A stretch of 63,024 bases of DNA, filler included, from Alcyonidium flabelliforme (taxonomy: Eukaryota), in NCBI GenBank assembly GCA_026167845.1. It is 37 parts of 37 records of this genome, joined end to end, with 100 filler letters (N's around TTAATTAATTAA, not from the genome) between each part and the next. Parts side by side here need not be neighbours in the genome. Positions count along the whole stretch, not along the records: positions 23,108 to 24,720 come from JAOQFJ010000100.1; positions 24,821 to 26,424 come from JAOQFJ010000101.1; positions 26,525 to 28,124 come from JAOQFJ010000102.1; positions 28,225 to 29,823 come from JAOQFJ010000103.1; positions 29,924 to 31,520 come from JAOQFJ010000104.1; positions 31,621 to 33,216 come from JAOQFJ010000105.1; positions 33,317 to 34,911 come from JAOQFJ010000106.1; positions 35,012 to 36,604 come from JAOQFJ010000107.1; 29 more parts are not named here. One strand, written 5' to 3'. Both the position numbers and the translations under genes were made by a program. Each line of letters begins with the position of its first letter. Within the stretch, counting starts at the first letter, position 1. The notes under the pieces are model-generated. The model was given only the letters and a program-made list of their open reading frames with translations. It made no database searches and was not told where the DNA came from. Of this stretch, positions 24,217-35,402 are shown in pieces.

Positions 24217-24834
24217 AGAACGTCCGCGATTTTGAGACGTTGGTCCACCGCCCGCCTACTCAGATATCCCCACAACATTCCATATCTCACATCAATAATC
24301 AAAGTTCATTCGTCTCTGCTTGCGGCTACCGACTAACTCTAGCTTGATGTAAATGTTTAGTGAAGGCGGGTAAGAGGAGATTCCAGCCTGTTCTGGAACG
24401 TGTTGAGCCTCAACAGCTGCATGAAGAAAGCATACCATGTGACTTGAACATGTTTGACTAACTAGACGCCGCCTTCGGTAATTTTCTGCCGGACCCACTT
24501 TTTGTGGTTGGCATTCCCTCCAACCACCGCATCGTCACTCCGCCAGGATCGTCTATTATCCACCAAGGTCTCCCCGGACAGCCGGGTGGTCTGCTCAGGA
24601 ACAGCATATGCAGCGGGCATGGCAGTCGGTGTCCGACCGGGCTCAAACTCTCTTTCAATATTGGAGGGTTCTGGTGGCGCTTCGAGCGTGTCGGATGTGC
24701 CATTGATGAAAGGGTCATCGNNNNNNNNNNNNNNNNNNNNNNNNNNNNNNNNNNNNNNNNNNNNTTAATTAATTAANNNNNNNNNNNNNNNNNNNNNNNN
24801 NNNNNNNNNNNNNNNNNNNNGGTGTTAACGACCA

Positions 24835-25105
24835 GGGTCCAGTTTCACAAAGCTTCGTACGAAGATTTTTCTTCGTACGAATTTCGTACGAAGATTTTTT
24901 TACGTGCGACCCGTTTCACAAAGCATTCTTACGTACGAACGTTCGTAAATTTCTTCGTAAATCTACGAGTGGTATAAACCTCTCGTAAAATTTACGCAAG
25001 GGAGTAGAAATGGCTGTATTGATAATCGCAAAATGCTTTAGTTAAGCGGCAATTGCAGTGCGAGCGTGTTTTAGCGATAGAGGATCTCCATTAGATACCT
25101 ATAAA
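24835..25105 (+). mobile_element. 5' end of a PIF/Harbinger-like element with a decayed transposase start
   Basis: GGGTCCAGTTTCACAAA terminus, repeated TTCGTACGAA subterminal motifs, residual ERVFSDRGSPLDTY. Confidence 0.6.
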
Positions 25106-25860
25106 TATTTGGATCTATTTTTTTATTTTTATTATTACTTAATTCTTATAATTATTTATATCACAGCAGACCTCTTTAGTAAATATTGAAAAGTGATAAT
25201 TTTGAAATTGAAGTTCTATAATATAATATCTTTTGTATTTTAAACAGTAAACATGTAGAAATATGAAGTTGGATTTTAGTATTATTTTATATTATTCATA
25301 CGCACAGAGACGGGAAAGTGAGAATGTTTGGAATGGACAGCAACTACAGCCTACTTGCTAATAATTACAAAAATCAACAATCATAGTTTTAAGCATATTT
25401 ATTAATGTATATATAAAACAATTAATAAATTCTTCATACACAATGCTTAATAGCTAAAATCAACAATAAATAAACAAATCGATTTTCAAATGCAATGCAC
25501 AGAAGCTGCTTACGTTAGAGCAAAATGTTTCATAACTTTAGTAAACAAAAAAATCCTAAAAAAGCTACTACTAATTTTAAAACTAACTGTTAATCTCGTA
25601 AAAGTCGAAGACGCGGTAACATCGTATAACTTTGTAGTCGGAAATGTTTCTTACTTTTAGTACTTTTCAAAAATAAATTTATTAAATTTATTAAAGCGTG
25701 AAACATTGCATCGATTTTCATAAATGTACAAATGAACATTTGATTTGAAATTATGCAATTACGAGAAAAATTAAACTCCCAAAAAGCTTTACATTAGTCG
25801 CATTTCGATGCGTTCATGCATCATTTACTGCACATAGTCTGTCAAAATAAGAGTGATGAA

Positions 25861-25864
<4 letters not shown>

Positions 25865-25902
<38 letters not shown>
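25865..25902. repeat. (TA)n microsatellite
   Basis: Seen directly. Confidence 0.95.
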
Positions 25903-25906
<4 letters not shown>

Positions 25907-26524
25907 TTATTATATTTTTTAATTGTTAGCTACAGTTAAATATTCAAAATAATTTTAGTTTTTTTTGGTGAAGAAGTCTCGTACCATATGGTAAATCTGC
26001 CACTGCATATCTGCTATACATATTTTTTTAAACTATAATAACTGTACAATGCATGATTATATACAGCAAGACTGACAAGGTCCTACAAGTGAACTATATT
26101 ACGAGCTTTGGATTTACTTTTGTCTAGTGTAGACTTTCAAGCATTTATTGAACAATTGTTTCCCTAATGTCGGTCGTCTTAAAAACAAAGTTACAAGATA
26201 GAGTGAAGGCAAAACATTTTCTATTTATCCACTATTCTTTGTTCGCGCGTACACACTTTGCTCGCCATTATCGCCTGAAATTGTCATCTTTTCATGTTTC
26301 ACGCTTTAAAATCTCAGACAATCAACTCGTTCACCATGCACCAGCTAATTTCAGTTGCGTTCACCATTCACAATCGAAAAAAACACGGCCCATTCACCGT
26401 TCACGGAAAAAGGCATACATTTTCNNNNNNNNNNNNNNNNNNNNNNNNNNNNNNNNNNNNNNNNNNNNTTAATTAATTAANNNNNNNNNNNNNNNNNNNN
26501 NNNNNNNNNNNNNNNNNNNNNNNN

Positions 26525-28124
26525 AGAGTGCTATATCCCCTATATTTCATTAGGGGGAAGGGTGTTATCCGGCCGGGCGGGTCTATTATAAATCTATATT
26601 ACTTCGTAATTGCGCGATTTTTGTTAATAGACCCGCTCCGTGTTTCGGAGGGGAGACCTTATCTCCGTATCTCTCCGTTTTTCCTCCGTTCTCGGTCTCT
26701 GTCATGCCGAGAGAGCCGGGGGGAAAGGAGAGAGGAAAAGAGGGTAAAAATGGGGGTTCGTGAGCTTTCCTACCTAGTATCCTAGGTCCGTAGGATCGTT
26801 GTCGGGATAGGACGAGAGGGTGTTAGTACCGTTCCGTCTTTAGGGGACGTCTACGGTGCCGTCTCGTGCCTCCCTAGGCCAACCGTAGAAGGTGGCTTAT
26901 ACCGACATGCTACCAGATGAGATTCGGAAAGGATCGCATGGTTTGTATTGAGTTGGCTTTGCCAACGACTAAGTACTGCGGAATACGGTAACGATAGTGT
27001 ACATAAGTGCAGAAACGGATCCATATGGATCCGGCCACTAAGGCATAAGACATATTTATATAAGGAAATAGGCTTCTAGGATCACATCCTCCCCCACCGA
27101 ATAGGAAAAAGGTCCTCCGTTTCCCGAAGGTCACGTGAGTGAGTTTAAAAACTCCCCTAAGATCCTAGAAAGACACTATTAATAAGCGTGCGTATAAAAT
27201 CAGATCCGTTAAAGATAGTATAGGTGTGTAGGGGTATAAACAAAGGAAATATCTTAGTAAGTCTCTAAGAATAGTATTAATAAAGGTCTTTAAGCCTTTA
27301 TAAGACTCGGGGTCTCTAATAGGGGCCTAAAATAGGTGGCGAGGGTGTAAAATTAGCTTATTATCGGTTATTAAAGGGAGATCTAAGAGGCGTTTAGATA
27401 AAGGAGGGCGCTTTTAAAGTGTAGACTCCACCTATTAGTGTCCGTAGATTACCTAAAGGACTCTCACTTCCGACTTTATAAATAAGAGGACCCACCTACT
27501 TCGAGATAGTGTAGTATTTCCTATATAGCTTCACCTCTACTCTCTTCCCTTCTTTACCACTCTACTTTCACCCCTTTTTATCCCTCTTTCTTATTAATTT
27601 TTATCGAATTTTAACTATATAAACGCTTTTATATCGAAGATACTTCGTCGAAGTCCTTATAAGCGCCCTAGCGAGTCCTTAGGGACTACTAGGAGTTTTA
27701 TTACTACCGCGCGGGATCCTATTAAGCCTATAGATACTAAGCCTAGACGTGTATCACTTATTTTTCGTGAGTACTACGACGCGGCGCCGGGACCCTAGGA
27801 TATAGAGCTAACCGAGGCCGTACGTATCGAGCGGTAGGCGAGAGAGTTATATATAACCCTAGGGAACACTAAGGTGACTAGGTTTAGTAAGGTCGATATT
27901 AGTAAGGTAAGTCTCGTTCTTATAAACCTCCTAGAGGAAGGATACCGAGGCGACGACTTCCGTTAAGCTAGTTAGATAGCCGCCCGGAAGCAATTAGGCG
28001 TTTTCGATAAGTTTCCCCCTCCTTTAAGCTCTCCTAAAGCTCTCGGAGGTACGGGCGGCGATAGTGATAGTGATAGTGATAGTGATAGTGATAGTGATAG
28101 TAATAGTGGCGCGGCCGGTGGTGA
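26525..28124. other. Probable fungal repeat DNA mutated by RIP; includes a (GATAGT)n run at about 28060-28107
   Basis: Visible excess of TpA and scarcity of CpA/TpG with CpG retained; no long ORF. Confidence 0.65.
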
Positions 28125-28224
28125 NNNNNNNNNNNNNNNNNNNNNNNNNNNNNNNNNNNNNNNNNNNNTTAATTAATTAANNNNNNNNNNNNNNNNNNNN
28201 NNNNNNNNNNNNNNNNNNNNNNNN

Positions 28225-28335
28225 CGAACAAGATACTTTTATTTGAAGACTTATTCAATATTGCCTGTCTTAAAATATATTTTCAGTATAAAAATAAGAA
28301 ACTTCCTAATTATTTTCAGGAAAACAATTTCAGAG
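28225..28335 (+). pseudogene. CR1/L2-like LINE ORF2 C-terminal fragment
   Basis: NKILLFEDLFNIACLKIYFQYKNKKLPNYF parallels LLFDDLLKLSILKLYYKHCCKNIPSYF in the LINE at 9625. Confidence 0.65.
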
Positions 28336-28695
28336 AAGGTAAACAGTGCATAAATGTACTGGTTAAGTTGTTACCAGGGCCTGATATCACCGTTATGTAA
28401 GTGAGCACCCTGAAGTAATACTCATGGGTAGCAACTTGTTTGTGGAAATAGTATGAAACAAATCACTTAGCTGTTATGTTGAAGATTCTGTATGGGCTGT
28501 GTTGGGGTCTTGGTTGTACTGTCTAGGTCGAACTTGTAGCTTCTTTTGCATCAGTAACAGGGATGTTGGTTGTTCTTCTTAGGTTGTCGTCTGTTGTCAA
28601 TCAGTTTTGGTCTATCAGTCTTCTCTTCCATTGTTGATAGTTGCATCTAGATACAGGTCAGTTCGTAGTCAGATTTTGGTGACTTCATCGTTGGC

Positions 28696-29300
28696 TTAGT
28701 GTCTAGGGAAGTTGGTGGTTCTTTGTAGATCAACAACGGTGACGTTGGTGCTTGCGTCAACTAGAGTGTGTTTTACTGGTTCAAACACATCTAACTTTGA
28801 TTTGTGTGGGTGGAAGCCAGTTTGATGACAGCTTGCAATGTAATGAAGCCCATGGTCTGGTGTAAGGTGGTAGTAACCAGTTTCTTGAAATTTTGCCGAA
28901 TGGACTATGGCAATGGCTTCTGGCATCATCAGTTGGTATGGGCAATGTGTGTGGAGATCAACACTTGAGAGGAATGCAGTTTGGGAAGGATGAGTGTGAA
29001 TCCAGCCCAGCGTTATAAGTTCTCTGTCGAGTTGGTATGCGAGAATGTCTTCTTCTCTCTCTGCTGCACACGAATTAGCTGTTCCATGTTGTTCAGGGAT
29101 TAGCAGATGTGTATTTGAAGATCTCTGTGTGTTGCCTTCCCAGACAATATACCACATGTTTCTATGTTGTGCTTGGTGTTGTGGAGGGCCACTTCTAAAA
29201 ACTGCTTGATCAGGTCGTATGGTATCAGCACGTTTCGCAGATGTCTGGAGTCCGTAAGATGTACTTCGTCTTCGCAGATGGTGGCATTGATGTCTTCCAT
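28696..29300 (-). pseudogene. Intronless AMSH/STAMBP-like JAMM (MPN+) deubiquitinase domain with one frameshift near 29111
   Basis: LRNVLIP..L..QFLEVA..NT..NIETCGILSGK then HLLIPEQ.GT..SC, LGWIHTHPSQTAFLSSVDLHTHCPYQLMMPEAIAIV, C...GFHPH. Confidence 0.92.
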
Positions 29301-29440
29301 GTGGTTATCTTATGTTGTGGTGATTGGGCTGGGAGTTGGTTGGGTTGATGTGGTTGGTTTCTCAGGAATGTCACAATTACTGCTCGTATTTTCAGGAGCA
29401 GTGGTAGATCTCTGTGTGTTCAGTCTACATCTCATTGGGG

Positions 29441-29695
29441 TCTCTGGACTTCGGATGAAACTGTGGTTTGTTTCAGGAGGAACGCACTCATTGTCAGTTA
29501 CTTCTGGAACAATGGTGGATCTCTGTTTTTTGCAAGCCCCTTGAGTTTTCTATTGAGATCGTGGTGGTTCACAGGAGGACCAAAGTCAGTGCTAGTAGCT
29601 TCTAGAACAACGGTAGGTCTCTTAGTCCTAGCATTCCTTTAGTTCTTTAATGTCTTTGTATCTTGGACATTGTGATGGGAGGCTGTGTCTTGGTG
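29441..29695 (-). repeat. Segment homologous to the retrotransposon tail at 62764-63024
   Basis: Colinear alignment by eye, including identical TGACTTTGGTCCTCCTGTGAACCA and CACCAAGACACAG.CTCCCATCACAATGTCC. Confidence 0.93.
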
Positions 29696-31622
29696 ATGAT
29701 AAAGCTTATGGTAATAAAGTATACAAAATGCCACCAGGGGGACAACTGAAAGAGGGAAAATGACGGAAATCAGAAACAGTTGCCATATTCATGCCAGGAA
29801 CAAGGATACAAAATTTTTTCAAANNNNNNNNNNNNNNNNNNNNNNNNNNNNNNNNNNNNNNNNNNNNTTAATTAATTAANNNNNNNNNNNNNNNNNNNNN
29901 NNNNNNNNNNNNNNNNNNNNNNNCTTTTATTACACTTTGTTACATAATAGACTTACTCAAAACCACAGTTGTTATAAATCCTCTTAATGTGGCCAGAACC
30001 TTTAACATATTGTGACTTGCAAAAAATATTGATATTTTCTTTTTTGTGAATTCTGCTTGGCCATATTCTTTGGAATAAATTTACAAAATAAATTCTCACT
30101 TTTCTCGTCGATTTGTAATGAAAAAACACCTTTTTCTGAAGACCGGTGAAAAATCCGACTTTGCTAGAAATCACGTGACATATTCGCCCCTCCTACCATA
30201 TACGTCATTTGACCTAGATCAACATCACAACTCCTGGGAAAATGGCTACTCGAAAGAAGCGTGGTGTAAAGCCCAGTAGAAAGTCGCCGAAAGTTCCCTG
30301 TCCGCGACTTCTAAAGCAATTTTAAAGCTCTCGAACAAAGGTTCCTTTTACAATCAACCGGAGAGTTGGTTTGCGATGCGAAACAAGGGTTAGAATACCG
30401 GGACGCTCTCGGGTCCTGGGTCAGTGTGATCCCGAGTACCATCGGCATCGTTTAGTTTGGTTAAGTTACTTCACTCATCCATATTCCCTGCATTCCTTCA
30501 CCAGCTTCTCTGTTGCCTTTTTCAATGTTTCTTTTCTACTTGTAGGCATCGTGATCATCAATTATTTTACGTAATAAGTTGCAACAAATAAATCTTCACT
30601 CGGAAGCGTATTATAAACATGTGTTGACCTATATATCCATAATATGGAAAGCCCCGCCCACATAATCAATATTCCAGGTCACATGATTAAAGTTTTCGCA
30701 CAATTACCTACCCATTGGATTATTTAGCTATTTTTTACCAATCATGGGCCGAAATGTCGTAGGCACGTGTCGAAACATATTTTATATGCTATTCAGCTTC
30801 CAGACGAATGGTTTCCCGCTGTTTTGGAGTGAAAATTGCTCCACGAGGACTGTTTGAAGTTTATAGGATTGAAATCTCGATTTTCTAGGCTTTTGAATTT
30901 GTGATATCTGCTGTGATTTGAATTTATTTAACTCATTATCACAGTAGGTTATGAATAGTTTTAGAAGCTATATCGCAAGAAGACACATTGATCCTCAATA
31001 ATGTGTCTCGGATTTTTGAAAGGGCGTCTAGTTTTATTTTCAGGGACATGTCCTGAATAAAATTGCAGACGCCCAAATTTCAAACAAGTGGCCCGCCTTT
31101 GAAACAAAGTTGCAAATTAACAGAGCTATGTATCAAAATTTTGAGACACCTTTTTGTGCTAGACACATGGCATTTTCGGATGCAATTTGAATTACGCAAT
31201 TTCCTCAAAAGGTGTAAAAGTTAAATTCTTATAAAGTTAAACCTGTAGTTTTTGCGGTAAATGGCAGCAATTTCGTTACCATGGCAACAAATTGGACCAC
31301 AATGTAGTCGGATTGAAAGAAAAAAAACTGACTAAAAAGAAAATGTATACATTATAATACTTTTAGTCTCTAGTTTTAAAGATACATTGTAACAAAGATA
31401 ACTAAGAAATAAACGGTTCTCGCCCCCTTAAGGATTAAAATGAATTCCAGTAGAAGAGCAATTCTTTCATTTGTTATCCATCTTGTTTAAGAAAATATTT
31501 CTAAACATGCAACACTAATANNNNNNNNNNNNNNNNNNNNNNNNNNNNNNNNNNNNNNNNNNNNTTAATTAATTAANNNNNNNNNNNNNNNNNNNNNNNN
31601 NNNNNNNNNNNNNNNNNNNNAA

Positions 31623-31754
31623 GAATTTGGCCCGCTGATTGTGTCTATAGACACCAATGGCAATAACATCTTTGAGATGAACAAAAAAACCTACAACGCC
31701 AACAAAGAAAAAGTCTACGAAGACATTATTCAGCACGTTCGCTATATTAAATAG
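31623..31754 (+). CDS. ttdB: L(+)-tartrate dehydratase beta subunit C-terminus (class I fumarase-beta family), 5' partial
   Basis: EFGPLIVSIDTNGNNIFEMNKKTYNANKEKVYEDIIQHVRYIK-stop. Confidence 0.8.
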   Translation, partial: EFGPLIVSIDTNGNNIFEMNKKTYNANKEKVYEDIIQHVRYIK

Positions 31755-31975
31755 GCTTTATAGATGTTGCCTTATTAAACCCTCAAAAAATACACCATAA
31801 AAAACGGAAGGTCATGCCTTCCGTTTTTTGTTGTGAGCACAGCCATGAGCGTCGCTGTAATAGCCATGAGTGTCAATGTACAGCTGTAAGCGTCGCAGTG
31901 ATAGACATGAAACATCATTGTTGTCGATACTTCCTACGTACGATGTACCATGACAGCATGGAAGCGCTCGCTGTT

Positions 31976-32896
31976 TTATTTTAAGTTGATACTTGAGGGT
32001 TGCACTGCATCCCACACCTGCTGAACGCTAGGATTGGTTTCAACCACACGCTTATACAGCACGATATCTACAGTGAGCTGCAGCTGCTGTCCACCAATTT
32101 TATACAGCTGTTTGCTAATGAGTTCATTTTTTACGATTGAAAATGGCAGCCACGCAATACCCACGTCTGCCACTACCATGGCTTTTAGGGTCTCGTAGTT
32201 ATCGGACTCAAACACGGAGTTCAGGTTGCCCAGTATGTCTTTTTTATTTAAAAAATTTGACACCAGTCCTTTTAGAGACAAAGATTTGTCATACGTTAGC
32301 CAGTTGGTCTTATGAATATTGGCTTTTTTACTTAGCTGTTGCAAGATGGCATCTGTATTTGCCGCTGCCGTTACTGGCACGATGATTTCCTGCCCCAATA
32401 CTTTGTATTCGTATTGTTTTTTATTTAACAATAAGTCTGTCATTGGGGTTTGATAGGCGATGAGCAGGTCTGACTCTTTTGCGATAAAGCGCAAGATGGC
32501 AAACTCAGTGCCACTGGTGAGCACAGACATCTGAGTAAACCCTGTGTCTTGTGTGACTTGCCGATACCACTGTGGAAAAAAGTTGCTGCCCAGCGTTCTA
32601 CCGGTGGCAATCTGAATGCTTTGTTGGCTGGTGTTGATGGTGCCTTGTAGCTGCGCCCGTACGGTAGACAATGTGGCCGTGACTTCATACGCCGCTTCTA
32701 AAAACAGCTGTCCGGCCTGTGTGGGTTTGATGGGCTGAGTACGCTCTATTAGATCTACCCCAACCCACTCTTCTAAAAGCTTGATGCGACGACCAAAGGC
32801 GGTATGCGTGATGGCCCGTTTTTCTGCGGCCTTTGACAAGCTGCCTGAGTCTATCAAAACAATGTAATCCATCAACCATTCTACGTTCATAGTCAT
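31976..32896 (-). CDS. LysR-family transcriptional regulator
   Basis: GSLSKAAEKRAITHTAFGRRIKLLEEWVG HTH; GIAWLP in the effector domain. Confidence 0.93.
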   Translation of the reverse strand: MTMNVEWLMDYIVLIDSGSLSKAAEKRAITHTAFGRRIKLLEEWVGVDLIERTQPIKPTQAGQLFLEAAYEVTATLSTVRAQLQGTINTSQQSIQIATGRTLGSNFFPQWYRQVTQDTGFTQMSVLTSGTEFAILRFIAKESDLLIAYQTPMTDLLLNKKQYEYKVLGQEIIVPVTAAANTDAILQQLSKKANIHKTNWLTYDKSLSLKGLVSNFLNKKDILGNLNSVFESDNYETLKAMVVADVGIAWLPFSIVKNELISKQLYKIGGQQLQLTVDIVLYKRVVETNPSVQQVWDAVQPSSINLK

Positions 32897-33179
32897 CCTT
32901 AGTTGCTTTTAGCTGCCAGATAGCGCCAGAGTGTCGGCTCATCCACAAAAAATACCACATAATNNNNNNNNNNTACCTTGGCTAAAAAGAATCTAGAAAA
33001 AACTTAGCTGACAGTGATTGCATGGCGCTAGTTCACGACGCGACATGACATGACATAAAGAACAACAAGCAAAGCTTTTCAGCCTTTATGAAAAAAACAA
33101 TAGAACATAAGTTTTGTTTTTATTATTGAAAATTTTTAACATTGTTATTTCTTCATAGTGATAACTTTATGAATTATAC

Positions 33180-33216
33180 TAGACCTCTTGCAAAAGTCAT
33201 AGGTTTAGCTCGAAAT
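33180..33216. mobile_element. Possible IS5-family terminal inverted repeat at the contig end
   Basis: AGACCTCTTGCAAAA resembles IS1106-like ends; only one end is visible. Confidence 0.35.
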
Positions 33217-33316
33217 NNNNNNNNNNNNNNNNNNNNNNNNNNNNNNNNNNNNNNNNNNNNTTAATTAATTAANNNNNNNNNNNNNNNNNNNNNNNNNNNN
33301 NNNNNNNNNNNNNNNN

Positions 33317-33633
33317 GACGGCCAAAACCAAGGAGCGGCGGCCGTCCCGGTATTCAATTGTGCCACCGCGTTGCCGCTACCCGGCTTGAGATCGCAAGCA
33401 CCGTCCGGCTCTCCACTCGGGATGTCCTCGGTGGCTTTGACCCCATAGCCCTCACGGCAAACCTTGCAAGCGGCATCGCGGCTTGGAACGCTACCAGATC
33501 CAAGTTTCACCGATGCGCTATCGACCTGGGCAGTCTGGGCAGACTTGAGCCGCGCAACCTCTGTGCGGAGGATGCGGATCTCGTCAACGAGTTTCTTTCC
33601 GAATTCTGGTGTTAGATATTCAGCTTTGGCCAT
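33317..33633 (-). CDS. Hypothetical phage protein, 3' partial
   Basis: ORF 11 nt downstream of the 410-aa gene, same strand. Confidence 0.55.
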
Positions 33634-33643
33634 GGGAGCCTAA

Positions 33644-34876
33644 CTATGCAGTCTCTTTGAAAATTTCCGTGCCATCCTCGTTGAGCCCTTCTAGGGTGGC
33701 CATGTCCGTAACGTCCGGAGCGTAGCGTAGGAACCACGGCGATACATCGCATGCCAGCGGATCACCGCTCAAGTCTAGCAACACGTTTTCCGTCACATCC
33801 TTGCCGTACTTTCTGATTGGCTCAAAGCACGTGGCATCGTCCGGCTCGCAGCACTCATCGACGCGGCCGGCCGGCTTGGTGCAACGCGCGGTGCCCACGC
33901 TTCGGATGTCAAAGAAATGCCCACGAGGATCAAACAATAATGAATAGGTGCGCCGCCAATACTTCACGACGGTAGCAACCCCTACCGCGTTGCGAATGAT
34001 TTGCGTTTCAAAAACTTGCGGCACGCAATCCAACTTGAGCGTCCCGGCGGGAAACGTGCCGGAGTAAAGCTTGCTCGGGATGGTGATGTCCAAGCTCTTG
34101 TTGTTTACGGCACCCTCAACACAATAGAGCGCATCGTTGGCGAACGCATGAAATGTCGAGATCGTCAGTACCTTGAGACAGCGTTGGTTTTCGATCCCGG
34201 CAATCCGTTGGCCGGCGGCATTCATAACCGGCATGCATTTGTTTTTGGTTAGTGTCACGCAATCATTGTCAACATCTACCAGAATGCCTTGATCCGGTAC
34301 CGGGCATGGCCGGCACGTAGCGGCATCGGGATTGATAAAAGCTCCAAGGAACACGGCACGCTCGGCGGCTTCGATGACGGGATGTGATCCGATCGAGATC
34401 TCCGCCTCCCACTTGCCGATGTCCGTTTGGTTTTGTGGATTGTTGATGGTGACCGGCACGGACTTAAAATCAAATTGGAACTCGTAACCGCATGTGATCT
34501 TGTCTGTTATTAGGCTTCCTTGACTTTGGTTGTCAAACTCATACGGCCCAACCGGACCACGTATCAAACGCTGCCCCGTACAAATGGCAGCGTTTCCAAC
34601 GGCTCTGGCCACACCCGCCGGCACGTTTGAATTCCACGTTGAGAACAAAGACGGCAAGACAGTGTCGTTGTCCGCGTGCTTGACGATGTTGGCGGCCGTG
34701 GTGCCTTCGGAGAGGATCCAATTAGCATCGGCTTTGCCACATAGCCAGACGCGATACAAAGCGGAATACGTCTCATCAAATTGACCGGAGCCGTTAGTGA
34801 TATTTGCGATGCGGTTGGCGGCGGTCTCGCGGATTCTCTCAACCAGAACTACGGACGCGGTGTTTGTTGGTGGCAT
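33644..34876 (-). CDS. Hypothetical phage virion or tail-region protein, Cys-rich
   Basis: 410-aa ORF, GC-rich, closely packed; YWRRTYSLLFDP and VLLDLSGDPL patterns recall phage tail-region hypotheticals. Confidence 0.55.
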   Translation of the reverse strand: MPPTNTASVVLVERIRETAANRIANITNGSGQFDETYSALYRVWLCGKADANWILSEGTTAANIVKHADNDTVLPSLFSTWNSNVPAGVARAVGNAAICTGQRLIRGPVGPYEFDNQSQGSLITDKITCGYEFQFDFKSVPVTINNPQNQTDIGKWEAEISIGSHPVIEAAERAVFLGAFINPDAATCRPCPVPDQGILVDVDNDCVTLTKNKCMPVMNAAGQRIAGIENQRCLKVLTISTFHAFANDALYCVEGAVNNKSLDITIPSKLYSGTFPAGTLKLDCVPQVFETQIIRNAVGVATVVKYWRRTYSLLFDPRGHFFDIRSVGTARCTKPAGRVDECCEPDDATCFEPIRKYGKDVTENVLLDLSGDPLACDVSPWFLRYAPDVTDMATLEGLNEDGTEIFKETA

Positions 34877-35011
34877 TATATTGTTCCCAAATCTACGGGT
34901 TGCAATTCGAGNNNNNNNNNNNNNNNNNNNNNNNNNNNNNNNNNNNNNNNNNNNNTTAATTAATTAANNNNNNNNNNNNNNNNNNNNNNNNNNNNNNNNN
35001 NNNNNNNNNNN

Positions 35012-35402
35012 CTTCTCGTTCCATTAGTTGCCTTTCTTGCGCTCTCAGCGCTTCTTTGTCGGATTTTATTGAGTTATCCGCACGTATTTGAGCCTTTTCC
35101 GCTTTATCGTCTGAGAGTGCTTTTTGGGCGTTTACACGGGCTATTTCATTTTCATGATCGGCCTCTGTTGCTGTTAGGTACAGATAACCCAAAATTACGT
35201 AAAATATTCCACCGCCAATCAACACCCCGATAACGGCAACAGGCCATGCATATTTCAACGTTTCCCAGCCTGTGCCGGCAATCACCCATTTTTGATTTTC
35301 AACAACAACCCAGCCTTGATTTTCCATGAAGCCATTTAGCCACCAAGCGCCAGCTACAAGGGCTGCAAGCAAGGTTAACATGAGGATAGTTCGCCAGTTC
35401 AT
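35012..35402 (-). CDS. Membrane protein with two TM segments and a coiled coil, 3' partial
   Basis: Two hydrophobic stretches; ATGA overlap with the recombinase stop. Confidence 0.7.

Noticed and set aside
23166..24776. Numerous short overlapping ORFs in GC-rich contigs (also 33358-38337 and 51741-55371)
   Set aside because: Antisense or alternate-frame shadows of the real genes
29100..29125. Programmed frameshift in the JAMM domain
   Set aside because: No slippery heptamer; the copy has other lesions, so decay or sequencing error is simpler
28696..29300. Ordinary host STAMBP gene, or a bacterial CBASS/Bil-type JAB protein
   Set aside because: No introns or MIT domain, upstream DNA matches a retrotransposon tail, and the sequence is clearly AMSH-type in a eukaryotic TE context
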